From NCBI GenBank assembly GCA_013239625.1, contig MU053881.1:3536001-3600000 (forward strand): 64,000 nucleotides of DNA, read 5' to 3'. Position 1 is the first letter of the stretch, and every line of letters begins with the position of its first letter. Source of the stretch: Lama guanicoe (lineage: Eukaryota). A program made the translations under genes and the position numbers. Positions 36,771 to 50,072 of the stretch are shown here, one piece after another. The notes beneath the pieces were generated by a model. It ran no database searches. It was not told the origin of the DNA and saw only the letters and a program-made list of their open reading frames with translations.

Positions 36771-36920
36771 ATATATTCAATATCTTGTAATAACCTTTAA
36801 TGAAAAAGAATATGAAAACGAATATATGTGTGTGTGTGTGCATGACTGGGACTTTGTGCTGTACACCAGAAATTGGCACATTGTAACTGACTACACTTCA
36901 ATTAAGAAAAAAAGAAAGGA
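36771..36920 (+). mobile_element. Short L1 3' end inserted in a MIR (~36630-37000)
   Basis: caatatcttgtaataacctttaatgaaaaagaatatg...gctgtacaccagaaattggcacattgtaactgactacacttcaat plus A tail. Flanks agaaaatatgga and agaaaacttgga. Confidence 0.85.
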
Positions 36921-37009
36921 AGAAAACTTGGAAAAATAAGAGTACCTACCTCCCAGGGTAGTTATAAGAATTAAACAATACAATGCATTAATGAGTTTGT
37001 AAGTGTTCA

Positions 37010-37290
37010 TACAATTTCTCCCCTTTTCTTCATGGACTCTCAGCTAGGCTATGTAGGGCGCTGGCAGTTAGGTGTGGCCATGTGGCTGAATTCAGGCCAG
37101 TTGAATGTGAGTAGAAGTGAGGCACGCCCCTTCCCGGCAGGGCCTAGAGTTGTTGGTGGAGAATGATGAAGTAGTGGGTCATGGCTGAGCCAAAGCTGGA
37201 AGGAGCCTGGGTCCCTGAAACACCGTGTGGAGAAGTCCCTGCCAATCAGGCACACTGAGCGAGAAATAAAATACTGTTGTAACAAGACTC
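37010..37290 (+). mobile_element. MLT1-type LTR
   Basis: gcagttaggtgtggccatgtggctgaattcaggcc...gagaaataaaatactgttgt. Confidence 0.7.
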
Positions 37291-37385
37291 AGAGGGTGGC
37301 CTGCAACTCACACGGTGATGGCCGTAACTCACACGTACATTTCAAGGACAGTATGTATGTTTCAGTCATATTACCTTGGGTGAAC

Positions 37386-37780
37386 TGTGACAAGGCCAGA
37401 CACAGATCAAGAGAAAGAAATCGGAAAGAGTGTTTCACACAGTTTCCTGGGGAGAATCTAGCACCCAACCCAGGATCACTCAAGGGAGAGAGAGGAACTG
37501 GAAACCAGCCCCCTTATCCCCTTATTGTGGTTTCCTTAGGAAGGAACGGGTACGTAGGCTTGGGATTGGCTGGGCTGAGCAGTTTCAGCAGGCTCTGGGA
37601 TGTAGGTGCTGCCTCTGGGACAATTAGGGCTGTGGGATATTGTCTGGAGTGTGAGGGCCCAATCTGGGAGGTGATGGGAAGTGTAGACACAATCAGCTCC
37701 TCAGGAAGAGGAACTGTTTGGCCTCTAGCCAGGGCCCCCTTAACTGGGTGAAGGCAGCGTCTGTGTAAGCTGCCCTACAG
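37386..37780 (-). mobile_element. Old ERV LTR (family uncertain)
   Basis: tgtgacaaggccagacacag...ttattgtggtttcc...gggattggctgggctgagcagtttcagcaggctctggg. Confidence 0.5.
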
Positions 37781-38296
37781 TATGGGGCACAATGAGCGCT
37801 TAGGAGCCAGCTACCATGCAGGGTGGTGGTGGCATGGATGATGCTCACCTGCCGGTTCTGGTGCTACCTGTTGATCATGCAGAGAGAAAACATGTGCTGT
37901 TCTGCCAGTTCAGACACGCAGTGTGACCTACTGCGTGGAAAGGTGACTGGGGCTACTCAGAGGCAAGCTCTCCAGAGGAAAGGTACCTGAAACTGCTTGG
38001 CAATCTATAGCCCAGTGCTGCCATGTAGCTGTGTTGCTGGAGAGACCACGTGGAGGAGCCTCATGGAGGGACCAGGCGGAGAGGGAGAGGCTCTGAGATG
38101 ACCTGGAGAAAGTGAGAGGCCCAGCAGACCAGCTTCTAGCCGTTTCTACCCAGGTGCCAGATACGTCACTCGCCCTGGAGAAGACAGCCGCCATGTTGTC
38201 AGTGGCCCATGTGGTGTGTAAATGAAACCTCCTGCCACCCACTGTGTGAGGGCGCCTGGAAGCACATTCTCTAGCCTCAGTCAGGCTTTCAGATGA

Positions 38297-38446
38297 GGGG
38301 GAGGATATAGCTTAGTGGTAGAGTGCGTGTTAGGCATGCACGAGGTCCAGGGTTCAATCCCCAGAGCCTCTGTTAAAAAAAATTAGTAAAAGAAATGAAA
38401 ACTCATTACCTCCCCCCTCAAAAAACTTTTTTTAAAAAAGAAAAAA
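38297..38446 (+). mobile_element. tRNA-derived SINE (Vic-1 type) nested in an MLT1 LTR (~37950-38580)
   Basis: ggggaggatatagcttagtggtagag...ggttcaatcccc, TSD gctttcagatga at 38285-38296 and 38447-38458. Confidence 0.92.
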
Positions 38447-39699
38447 GCTTTCAGATGACCCACAGCTCTGATCAGCAGCTTTACTGCAAGCTCGTGAGCC
38501 AGAACCACCCAGCTAAGCTGCTCCTGGATTCTTGACCCTTGATGTCTGTTGTTTAAAAAAATTGTGTTATTCCTGCCTTTGAGGAGCTCGCAGTCAGTTG
38601 GGAGTGAGAATGATGAGAGAACAATGAGTAGGACATACAAAGGGCAGAGAAGAAGCCTCTGCTTCGGGGCTGAGGATGGAAAGAGATTGACATAGCAGGT
38701 GGTACGTGCACTGAGTTTGCACAGTATGGGGGCGCAGCCGAGAAGCAGTGGTGGAAAGGCACCGCAGGCAGAGGGAACGGCCCTAGCAGGGGCACAGAGG
38801 CATGCACGGCAAGGCCCATCGCAGGACAACAAGCAGACCATGTTGTCGGAGCACGGGGCAGCTCAAAAAGAGGCCCGCAGCCAGACAGAGAAGGCCTTCC
38901 GTTTGGTCTTTATTCCGCGGGCAGTGCAGGGCCTTTGAAGATCTCAGCCAAATCTTCTGGTACATTTATTAAGCTGACTTTTTTTTGTTTTACTATTATT
39001 TTGTTTGTAAAGAATGTTTTGTTACCTACAGTTACTTATACTTACAAGAGCCCAGGTGTCACACAATCGTAGAAGGAGAAAGCTGGGTGGAGCCCATTTA
39101 GGTCGACTGTTTCCTGCTTCCCCGTTTTATGAGTGAGGAAACTGAGGCCCAGGGAAGGAGTGATTTGCCCTCAGTTTTGCTTCACGATACTCACACACAC
39201 ACACACGCACACACACACACAGTTTATTGCCTTTCTCCCTTACTAGAAGGTAAGTTCCAAGAGGTAGAGCACATTGTCTGCCTCCTGCACCACTGTAAGA
39301 GCTCTGCCTAGAACACAGGTGCTCCACAAATACTTGTTGAGTGAACTCCAGTAAATGAATATTAGACTCTGTTGTTGTCATCATCCCATTCTGTGCTGTG
39401 CCCTTTCTCTCCAGAACAAAATTCCCACTGCTCTTCTCTTTCCCAAATCCTTCTGAGATGTATCTGGGATCCTCTCTTCAGAAGAAATAAACCTTCGTAC
39501 ACCCTCAGTCCCTTCACTGACTCTGCTCCATCTTCCCTTTTGGTGGAGACTTCACTTCCTCTGGAAGCCACCACTTTCCCAGCAGCCCTTCCTCTAAATG
39601 GGGATCACTCACCCTCCGAGAGGCCCATTCCACAGATGGGGAGCTGAGCTGAGCATCTCCTCATTCCCCTTCTCTCCACTTCCAGATCACCACTCTTCA

Positions 39700-42240
39700 A
39701 ACTTACATGAAGCTCCTACTCCTCTGCCCTCACACGGCTGTGCTTCATGGAACTTTACTCCTCCTCACTTCTGGTCTCTACCTATGCCCCCCCCCATTAT
39801 GCTTCTCTCTCCCTAAAGGCTCAGGTTTCTGGTTCCCATTTTCCCTCTCCCCTTCCCTCCCCCATCCCTACTAGGATCAAGGGATTCCGAGTGATCCAAC
39901 ACCCTGGCTTCACCTCTGATATCTTCTTTGCCCAATGATATTTACCTCCTCTCCCCTTCACCCACTCATTCCCACAGTAACTCTCTGGCCTCTGCATGAC
40001 TTAGAGCTCTTACACTTAGAAAATATTAAACTCAGGCATGCAACTTTCTGAAAACCTCCTCTTAGCTTTCCAAGACTCTCAAGTGGTTTCTTCCATCACA
40101 TCAGATCTTCAGAATTAGAGAGACCTCAAGTTCCTCCACACCCTCTTCATCATCCCTTGATCCTGTCTCCACTTCTATTCCCACCAGCCTGGACCTTAAA
40201 ACTCGTAACCTTTTCCTCCCTCTTGCCAACAGTCTCAACTCACTGAACCTAGGGTGCTTCTGTCACACCTGCCAAATTAGTTCCAACCTTTCTTCAACAC
40301 TGCTTTCTGACTCTCCATGCCCACACCCAGGCTGCTGAGCCCCGTGGGAGGAAATCCCACAGTACAGGTGGGTGCCACCAAAAAGTCAACCTCTTCAGCC
40401 TCGCCTGGGGCCTTAGAGCTTCCAGTTTTCTGAGTAAGCTCTCTCCCACTCTCTAAGACAGCTATTTCAAATTTCTCCATACTTCTCAAATCTTCTACCC
40501 CACCACCTCCCACTCACTCTAAGCAGATAACCTCACCTCCTACTGCACAGAGAAAAACAGACAGCTTTAGACAGGAACTCCCGAAAAGTTCTGATACCAG
40601 ACCTGCAAAGTGACCTGTGTCTGCATCCATCCTCTTTCCCTCCTGTGATAGTGAAGGGGGATACCTTCTCCCTTACTCATGCTCTAGATTTCCTCCTCCT
40701 TTTTCTCCACTAGGACCTTACTTGATTATCCTCACATTCTCTGGCAGCTTCTAACTTTCCCTTTCTTCTTAATTCTTTAGTATCTGGGTTGAACTTTAAA
40801 AGTCTCTCTGATTAAAAAAAAAAATCCCCCTCAACTCTCTGAACCTACACCAGCTGCAGCCTAGCTCCCCTACTCAGCAAAGATCTTGAACAAGGTGCTT
40901 ACTCTTGCATCCTCATTCCCTCACTTCAGTCCCCTCCCTGATCCACTGCAACCCAACATCTTTGCACACCACCCTGCATAGGCTGATCTCATCAAAAGAC
41001 CCAACAACACCCTTGGCAACAGTTTAAACCCATGGATGCTCCTCTGTGCTCCCATGCTTGAACTTTTTGCTGTTGACAGGAATCACTTTGAAATCCTCCC
41101 ATCCTTGGCTTCCACGGCAATACACACTGAGAAGTCCTCAGACCTCTCTGGCCCCTCCATCTCGTTCTTTGTCATGAGGACTCATTCTGTCTATCCCTTA
41201 AGTGTTGAAGTTCCTCAGGATCCTTCTGTTCTGACTATTCTTCAGTGTAGACTCAATGTTTCCCTCTGGCCCTTGCTGTACATTCCTCTGGATTTAATAA
41301 CTTCCTCTATGCTGATGCCTCCAAAGTGGATACCTCCAGCCTAGCTCTCTTCTGAGTTTCAGACTGCCTTTTCAAAGCCTACTGGGAATCTCTATCTAGA
41401 TGTCCCATAGGTGCTACCATCCTCTAGGTGTTCCTGTGTCAGCTGCCTCTGAGTGCCCAGGAGAACACCTGATATTCCCTTAGGTTACCTTCTCCCTTTC
41501 ATCTCTACGCCCATCCTCATTTCATCTAACCTACCCACTACATACTTTGCAAATTCATCCATTTCTCTTCAACCTCTCTGCTCTTCCCCTATTTCATTAA
41601 CATCACTCTCACAGATTTCTGGCCTTCCTCCAATTCTTCTAACTAAGCCTGGGGGATTTTTCTAAAGTGCGAATATGGCCATGTCAGCCCCCTGGGTAAG
41701 GCCCATCCATGGTTCCTTGCTGTTCTTAGGAGAAAGTCCAAATCCTTGTCATGGCTCCTGAGACCTGTCATAGCTTGTGTGGCTCCAAGTATCTTCTCCA
41801 GCCTGGTTCATGTCACTCCCAGCCCGTGTTCTAGGTTCTGACCACACAGCACTATTTTCAGATCCTTGTACAAGCCTAGAGTGTCCTGCCTCTGAGGACT
41901 TCCCATGCTATCCTTCCACCTGGAACATTTCTTTAGCACCTTCTTTCCCTACTAATTCCCATGTGTCTTTCTGACACTGGTCCACAGGTCCCCTCCTCCA
42001 GGAAGCCCTCCCCTTTCTCCCAGATGAGATTAAGTTCCCCTCCTCTGTACCTTTACAGCTCTCTCTACTTACCCTACCCCAGCAATTGGCATAGGGCATT
42101 GGAACAGATTCTTTATTGGTCAGAATCTTCCACAGGGCCGTCAGCTTCATGAAGTCAACACTTTGAATTCCTACTCCAGGATTCCTGGTACCCAATAGAG
42201 GGCCTGAAATGGATAAGGCTAGGTAAACACCTAGCATACA
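39700..42240 (+). mobile_element. Long decayed L2 (ORF2 region to 3' end)
   Basis: C/T-rich strand with L2 motifs: ctcacctcctactgcacagagaaaa, gttgaagttcctcaggatc, aaagtccaaatccttgtcatggc. Confidence 0.7.
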
Positions 42241-43309
42241 AATTAAATCTTAAGAGATCCGTGGGGATGGAGCTAATGAACATCACCAGCTTACTCTAGT
42301 GTTTTTCTTCAGCTCTGCTCACCACCGGCAAGAAGGGCTATAAATTGATTGCTTTACCCAAACTATCCTTTGGTCTTTACATCACCAAACGTCTGGGGCA
42401 GTCTGACTAACGGTTTTTATGAAATGAACAAAACCTTGGAGCCATTTTAGCTCCCCTAAATATTTTGTAACATTTAGTGTAATTCTTCCTAATTTCAAAT
42501 GCAATATGTGCATAAAGTAAAAACTGGCCAAACACAGAGAAATAACAGCAAAATGAAATCATCCACATGCCACCATACAATGGAACCTGTGGTTGAATTT
42601 TTAATGTGCTTTCTTCCAGTGCTTTTTCTCTTCACTTCTAGTCACTTTTTACCTTTTCCAAAAAAAAAAAAAAAAAAGGAAGGACATTCGGCACTCACTG
42701 TTTGTAATCTGCTTGCTTGAAATTAGCCTGTCAGAGTGACCATTTTTCAATGTCAGTGTATATTCTTCTTTTAGTCTATGGTTTTAGCAAATATCTTGCA
42801 TATTGCTACATAGATATATCATGGTTTACTTCTCCAAACTCTCAGCTGAAGAAGTTTGAGTTATTTCCCTTTTTTTTTGCTGGACAAACTTCTGTAACTT
42901 GATCTTTGCCCACATCCATTTTAACTTCCTTAAACTAAAGGGTGGACATAATAAGGTGTTTGATACATATCCAGAAACTCTGAATCAATTTACTCTCACC
43001 AACACATGTGGATGAGTTTGTAGCACTAAAGATACATGCATAGATAGTTGCCCACCAACAGGTCACAATGACCATGAAAATTTGTATCTTTTATTACGAG
43101 GCAGATGAAGCATATCCAAATATACTTACTGCGCACACAATGATTCTATACTCTTGATTGTTACAATCACGTCAACTTAGTATTCACACTTAGAGAAAAA
43201 CCATCCAACCTGCCTTCCATGAAGCCAGGCGCGTGAGTGCAGGTTTGATAGGCATCTCTTTACACAATATGGAAACATCAACGAGGTGGCCCATTGGTCC
43301 TTTGGGAAT

Positions 43310-43790
43310 GAACTTGATTCAGCAGACATTCCCTGAGATCTGCCTTTGTGCTGGGGCTACAACAATGAACAGATAGCTAAGGTCCTTATTCACCAGGTGC
43401 TTATAGTACAGTGGAGGAGACATACAAAAAAATCAACAAATAAAGAAAATAAGACTATTTTCACCAGCGATAAATAGAGTGAAGAAACAAATGATGCATC
43501 ATAGCAGAGTAATCAAATGAAGCCTTTCTGAGAATGAGGCATTTGAGCTGAGCCTAAGAATGTCAAGATACACTTGATCTGGGTGTGTGTGTGTCTCAAC
43601 AGAGAGAGCAGCAATCACACAAACTTGGTGTATTTGAGCATCAGAAAGACAGCCAGGTGTCTTTAAAATAGAGAGGGCAGAAGGGAGATAATACTAAAAA
43701 ATCAAGTCTGAGAGGTTAGGAAGGGGACTGGAAAATGTAGGGCTTTGAGGCCGTGGAAAGGAATTTGGAAAACCTACCAATAACCAGGAA
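43310..43790 (-). mobile_element. L2 fragment
   Basis: attcagcagacatt...gtgctggggctacaacaatgaacag...catttgagctgagcct. Confidence 0.65.
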
Positions 43791-44985
43791 CTTTCAAGTT
43801 TCCAGTCTCGCGTTCTTTTCACAAAACCCTGATAGTTGAGTATTGATGCTCCTGATTCCCGCAGTTCCTAGCACTCATCAAGCCTTTGGCCAATATTTGT
43901 GGCGAGAAAGAATGAAGGAATAAATGAATGAAAGGGATAAGTGGACGGGGCCCCAGCCTGGAGCACTCCCTCTGCCACCTCGCTGTCTGCAAGGAAGAAG
44001 TTGATACAAAAGTCACCCAACTCTTGAGAAGACTCTTCATGCTCGCTGAAACTGCAAGTTTCTCAATTCAAAATGATATCCTGACAGCAATAATTCTGAG
44101 AGAAAGAGAAGTCGTAGCAAAACACAGGATTTGATAGACTTTGAGTTAAATACAGCATAGCACCCCAGAGCACTCATTTGGTTAATTGTGGGTGGAATTA
44201 TTTAAGCAAAACATTTTGTACCTACAAGCAAGTGCAGGTGCAGGAGGGGAAGCTTAGAAGGATCTTTAGCCAAATTTGATCCTTGCAAGCTCCCCCAGAA
44301 GTTGGCACTTGTTCCCTCCCCGTTGTGGTTCCTTCAGCCCCTGTTTTGATGGTGGAAACACTGTGACAGCTGCGAAGTTTCTTTGGCGAATGTATCCGCT
44401 CAGGCAGATTCCCTGTCTTCCTTCCTCCCCAGCAGATGCAGGAAAACAGCTGAACGGGTGTCCCTGCATTTATTATTTCAGGGACTTCATAGATCTGAGA
44501 CCAGAACTTCAAGAATCCTCTATGCCTTGTATCATTCATTCATTTATCTTTTTCCTTTTTTTTTTTTATCTCCAAGCACTGTGTTAGGCTGCAAAAATGG
44601 GTATAGCCCTTACCCTCACAAAGCTTACAACTAATTCTGTAGACAATCATTAAGTTGTAATTATGATAGAGCTGTGAATAGAAAGTACAGAGTGCTGTGG
44701 ATGGGAGATGCTAACCAGCAAAAAGAGCAGAAAACACTGCCTTGGGGAGACTAATTTTGAACTGAACTCAGAACAGTGGATAGAGATTAACTATATGCAC
44801 CAGGTTAGGGTGATAGGAGATACACAGCATTGCAGAATCCTAGAGTGAGGAGGATGTGATGTGTTGGGGAATTGAAAACCTGGTGTGGCTGGAGCTTATG
44901 TGAGAGATAAAGCTCAAGAGGAGGCATATCCATTAGGATATTTTAGATTGTGTTGAGGACTTAAAGGCTTTATCTGGGCACAAAG

Positions 44986-45520
44986 TGTATCAGTCAGCTA
45001 TTGCTGCATAACAAATCACCCCATGCCTCATTGGCTTAAAACCATGATCAATCATATATCCCATGTTTATGGGTCAGGTGGAAATGACTGATCTAAGTTG
45101 TGTTCAGTTGATTATGGCTCTGGTCCCTTGATAAGGTCTGAGTTCAGTTATCATGGCTGTGCTCCCTTGATCTTACCTGTGCTCAGGTGATGTTGGCTGT
45201 GCTCTCTCACATACCTGCAGGTCAGCTGTGGACTCTGCTCTAGGATGAGCTTGGCTGGAGCACCTTGCCTGGGGAAGTCTCACCCTAGGACCAGTGTACC
45301 ACTTAATGATGATGACAGAAGCATTGGGAAGCAGACAGCCACATCCCAGGCTAAACTGTCACCTCCATCTCATTTTATCAGACAAAGCAATGCAGGTGGT
45401 CTAGCTCAGATTCAAGAGGTAAGGAAATAGGCTCTTTACTGGGGAGAACTGAGCAGTCACTTGGCAAGGGGTGTGAATACAGAGAGAGCTGCAAAACTGG
45501 GGCCATTAATGTAATATACT
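44986..45520 (-). mobile_element. MLT1-type LTR inside L2 remnants (~44530-46230)
   Basis: tgtatcagtcagctattgctgcataacaaatcacccc...tggcttaaaacc...ctggggccattaatgtaat. Confidence 0.8.
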
Positions 45521-46299
45521 ATATATGGGAAACTAATAAAATTTTTTAAGCAGGGATTTACTTTGTCATCCAAGAAAATTCTTCTCAGCACCAAAAATCT
45601 ACTCCTAGGAGGACTGAAAGTGGCTCTGTAATATATCCAGATGCTTCTCCATCATCCTAAGCTCTCTCTCCCCTCCCCAAATTTATAGAACCTTAACTTC
45701 TCTATTTTAAGCTTCTAAAACCATCTGCTTTCCTCCATCACTACTACCATTCTCCTTAGTTTTTGCTCCTACCATCTCCTGCTTGAGATGTCATAAATGT
45801 CCTACAGGAGTGTCTCCTCATTGCCTCCAGAGTAGCTTATAACCTTATTTCTTTCACAAGAAAAGATTCCCCCTCCTTGGCTTGGCATTCAAGGCTCTGC
45901 TTCAGATGGTGTTTCCTTTCCAGAGAGCTCCATGCTCTCTGTCCCATCAGCACTGTGATCCAGACATAACCTACCACGTATCTTCTCCCAGCTGCCTTCA
46001 CTTTGGCATGCTTGTGCACCCCTGCACACTTTTATTTCTGAGTTTCTGCCTGAAATTTCTCCTCCCCTTATTGTTCATCTGAGAAAACTGCTCATCCTTC
46101 AAGACCCAACTCAATGGTCATCACCCATTTGTTTCTGCCCATCTTCCAGGCACCTACCACAGTGTATGCAATTATTTGCTTCCAGTCCTGTCTCTTCTTA
46201 CAGAGTTGGGAGCATACATCACTCTTGGCCATGTGCAAGATAAATCGATGTAAACAGAGAGTATTAAAATTATTTTTACAAAATACTTATTTTGACTAG

Positions 46300-46555
46300 T
46301 ATGCTTTGTATTTCTTTTTTCTTTTCCATGATAGTTTATTACAAGACATTGAATACAGTTCCTGTGCCACAGAGTCAATCTTTTTTATTTATCTATTTTA
46401 TATATGGCAGTTTTCATCTATTAATTCCATATTCCCATTTTATCTCTCCCCTCCCTTCCTCTTTGGTAATCATAAGTTTGTTTTCTATGTCTATGAGTCT
46501 GTTTCTGTTTTGTAAATAAGTTCATTTGTACTGTTTTTTCCACATGTAAGTGGTA
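46300..46555 (-). mobile_element. L1 3' UTR fragment
   Basis: tttggtaatcataagtttgttttctatgtctatgagtctgtttctgttttgtaaataagttcatttgt. Confidence 0.85.
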
Positions 46556-48641
46556 CTTCTCTATTTCTTATACAGGTTTTATAATATAGTGGTAAGAAGT
46601 ACAAAATATAAATTATAAATAGAAAATATTATTGAAAATGCATGCTCAGAATTTTTTTACAAATTGGCATCCCCAAGAAAAACAGTTTGGAGACCATATT
46701 TCTAGAAAATATACTCTTTGATAGATGGGACCTCAGTGTCAAAATTAGACTTGAACTTGCTGAGTTTTACATGACAGCCAAAAGTACGAACTCCCCCAGG
46801 AGATTTTCATTTCAAAGCTGAGCAAAGCTGTCAGCTAAAATGTAGAAGGTCTCGTGCCTCCTCCAGCCCCCGACACACACACATGTAGCTACTGAGGAAG
46901 ATTTTATGAACATTGTCGTTTTCCTGGACTCCTGGTAATAAATCAAAAGTTGGTTCTAGCTGGGTAGGAAATATGCCTCTGCTGCTATTTTGGATGGATC
47001 AAGGGTTTGTACCCCCTAGAATCAACATAGATCATGCCTGGGGAAGAGTCCCAGGGGAAAACCCAAACAGGTAATTTTTCTCTTCATTACCTGTTCTAGA
47101 ATAGTTAACTGTATAGGGAAAGCCCACAGTCTTTACCTTTCTAGGATAAACCCAGCACAGTTGGGAGGAAGAGCCTGGACTTAGGCTGCTAGCCAAGCGA
47201 ATAATCCTCATTCAAAAGAATCTCGCCACTTCTGGGTCAGTAGCTTGACCTTTGCATGGTTGCCAGAAATAAAAGTGATCATTTAATGTCCTTGTCACTA
47301 GGACAAGATGACTTTTACCACATTTAATAGCAAGAACTGACTGCTCCAGAAACATTGATTGTTTCTAACAATAACAATAAAGGTTGAGCTCTTCCAAATA
47401 CCCACTGCGTCTTGGACACTCTGCTATGTGCTTAATCCTCATAATAACCTTGACATCCTCATAATGTTTCCACTATTCCCATTTTATAGGTCAGAAATCT
47501 CAGAGCTTGAGTGGATTGTCCAAGGCCACACAATTAGTCGGTGGTGGAGCAAGGATTAGCGCCCACATCTGTCTTAATCTACAGTGAAAGCTTTTAACTA
47601 TCTATCTCGCTCAACTAGGTCTAAAAATAAATCAATTAATCCAAAAGAAGGGGCTGGAGAACATTAAGAAGTTTTCCCTGTTCTAAAATTCTAAAATTAC
47701 CTGAAAAAAATATTCTGAAATATTATATAACATATTTTGAATCAAAGAACAATGTCTTCATTTAGCAGCTGCTGTTCAGGAAGCTCCGTGCCTCGGCACC
47801 CCATCTAGTCAGCCAAACACCCCAGGTTGCCCATACAGATCACCTGCCCCCGAGACAAAAACGGAAACTCCAAAATCTGTGGTTAATACCAAAAGACTGC
47901 AGTGTCCCGTCCATCAGGGCATGTGGGACTTCCTGCTGTTTGTTCCCTGCTAGATGTAAAAATGAATGTCTTAATTTGGGGGAATTTTTAAAAACAATTG
48001 CTGAAGATGACTCTCGTAGCTTTTTTCAGAAACATGGGCTCATTTTTAGAAAAGAAAAAAGATTGCATAATGGCAGAGTGGAAATTCACAAGCAGGCAGG
48101 CACGCAGCGCACGCTGGATGCTCATTCCCACTGGAGAAAGAGGAATGCATTTCAACTTAAATACTAGTGTTAACGATGTTTCTGGGAGGGAGACTATTTC
48201 TAAGGAGTTTAATGTTTTAAACAAATTGTACATTCAACAAATATTTCCAGAGATTTAATCATGAAGAAGAACAAAGCTAAAAGGTCTTGATAGAATATCT
48301 AATTTTAAAAGAATGACATGACAATAAAAAAAATTCTAAAAAAAATAGCAGAAAAAAGAAAAAGAACATTTAACTGTCTTTTATAATTGGATTACCATAT
48401 TCTGTTGACTCTTATTTTGCAGTTGGCTTTATTCCTTTGATAACTATGTAAGTTTAAAAAGCTAAAGATCTAATCTGTTCTTAGAAACACTAATTAGTAC
48501 ATATATGTAAACTAAAAATATGTGTAGCATACTGTATATATGTATTTACATTCAATATAGTGTATATGTGCAGTTGAACTATAATAATTCTACCTAATAA
48601 AACTGAAAAAGGAAAAAAAAGAAAAAGAAAAAGAATGACAT

Positions 48642-48783
48642 GGAGGGGAAGGTATAGCCCAGTGGAAGAGTGTGTGCTTAGCATGCGTGTGGTCCTAGGT
48701 TCAATGCTTAGTACTTCCATTTAAAAAGAAATTAAAAACAAAAATAAAGATCTCACCTTAGAAAAAATAAATAAATAGCTTAA
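48642..48783 (+). mobile_element. tRNA-derived SINE (Vic-1 type), more diverged copy
   Basis: ggggaaggtatagcccagtggaagagtgtgtgcttagcatg...ggttcaat, TSD aaaaagaatgacat at 48628-48641 and 48784-48797. Confidence 0.9.
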
Positions 48784-49497
48784 AAAAAGAATGACATAGG
48801 CAAAGGTTATTCACTAATGAGAGGGGAAAAAAAAAAAGAACTGATGGTCATCTTAAGCATGTGTATATTTCTCCTGAATTTCCAGATTCTGCCCAGATCT
48901 GGGCCATCTCCCTGACCATCCAGTTTTTGGCTGGCTCCTGCCTCTGCTCCTCTCTCCTCCACTGTCTGCCCCACCAGAGGAGCTTCCTGAGACCCATCCT
49001 TAATATCGCCCTCTTTCCCCTACCCTCCTTCTTTTGCAGGGCACCTGGTTCTCTGGCTTTTGTTCCCACGTACCTGGCACCACACTCCTTAGCTTGCATC
49101 TCTTTTCCATGCTCCAGTCCTGTTTTTCCAATTGTTCCCTGAAAATGATTACGTTAATTTATTCAACAAATCCATTTAGTCATTTAACAAAGAAAGGCTT
49201 GAGAGATTTTCAGGTGGCAGGCATTGTTTTAGACACTGGAGATGCTGGTGAATGAAGCAGAGGAAAATCTCTGCCTTTGGGGAGCTTAAATTCTTAGTGG
49301 CAAGAGGTAGAGAAGATAGTAAGTTGAGGTTAATCTGTAGTTAGATGGTGGTAAGTGCTAAGGAGGGAAGGGGAACGGGGAGGGTTGAGGGGAGAGTGGT
49401 GACTTCAAAAATGGTCATCGGTCAAGGCTCTACTGAGCAGGCGCTGTCTGAATTAAGGCTGAAGGATGAGGGAGCAAGATTAAGAATTCAGGTTTGA

Positions 49498-50072
49498 CAA
49501 TGTTCATAGCAGCACTGTTTACAATAGCTAAGACATGGAAACAATCTAAACGTCCATCAACAAATGACTGGATAAAGAAGTTGTGGTATATTTATACAAT
49601 GGAATATTACTCAGCCATAAAAAAGAATGAAATAATGCCATTGGCAGCAATGCCTGGAGATCATCATACCAAGCAAAGTAAGCCAGAAAGAGAAAGAAAA
49701 ATATATGATATTTATGTGTGGAATCTAAAAAATGACACAAATGAACTTAGTTACAAAACAGAAACAGACTCACAGACATAGAAAACAAACTTTTGGTTAG
49801 CAGGGGGGAAGCAGGTGGAAAGGGATAAATTGTGAGCTCAAGATTTGCAGATACTGACAACTACATATAAAATAGATAAACAAAAAAGTCCTACTGTATA
49901 GCACAGGGAAATACCTCAATACCTTATAATAGCCTATAAGGAAAAAGAATATGAGAAGGAATCTTTGCATATATATTTATGTATAACTGAATCACTATGC
50001 TGTATACCAGAAACTAACACAACATTGTAAACTGACTATATGTTAATTTAAAAAGATAAAAATTTGAATAAA
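49498..50072 (+). mobile_element. 5'-truncated L1 (ORF2 tail plus 3' UTR) inserted in an L2 remnant
   Basis: [18 protein letters not shown]...WYIYTMEYYSAIK. Perfect 16-bp TSD aagaattcaggtttga at 49482-49497 and 50073-50088. Confidence 0.95.

Noticed and set aside
42950..43310. Unique-looking segment between L1/L2 remnants
   Set aside because: I could not assign a frame, RNA fold or repeat family, so there is no supportable call.
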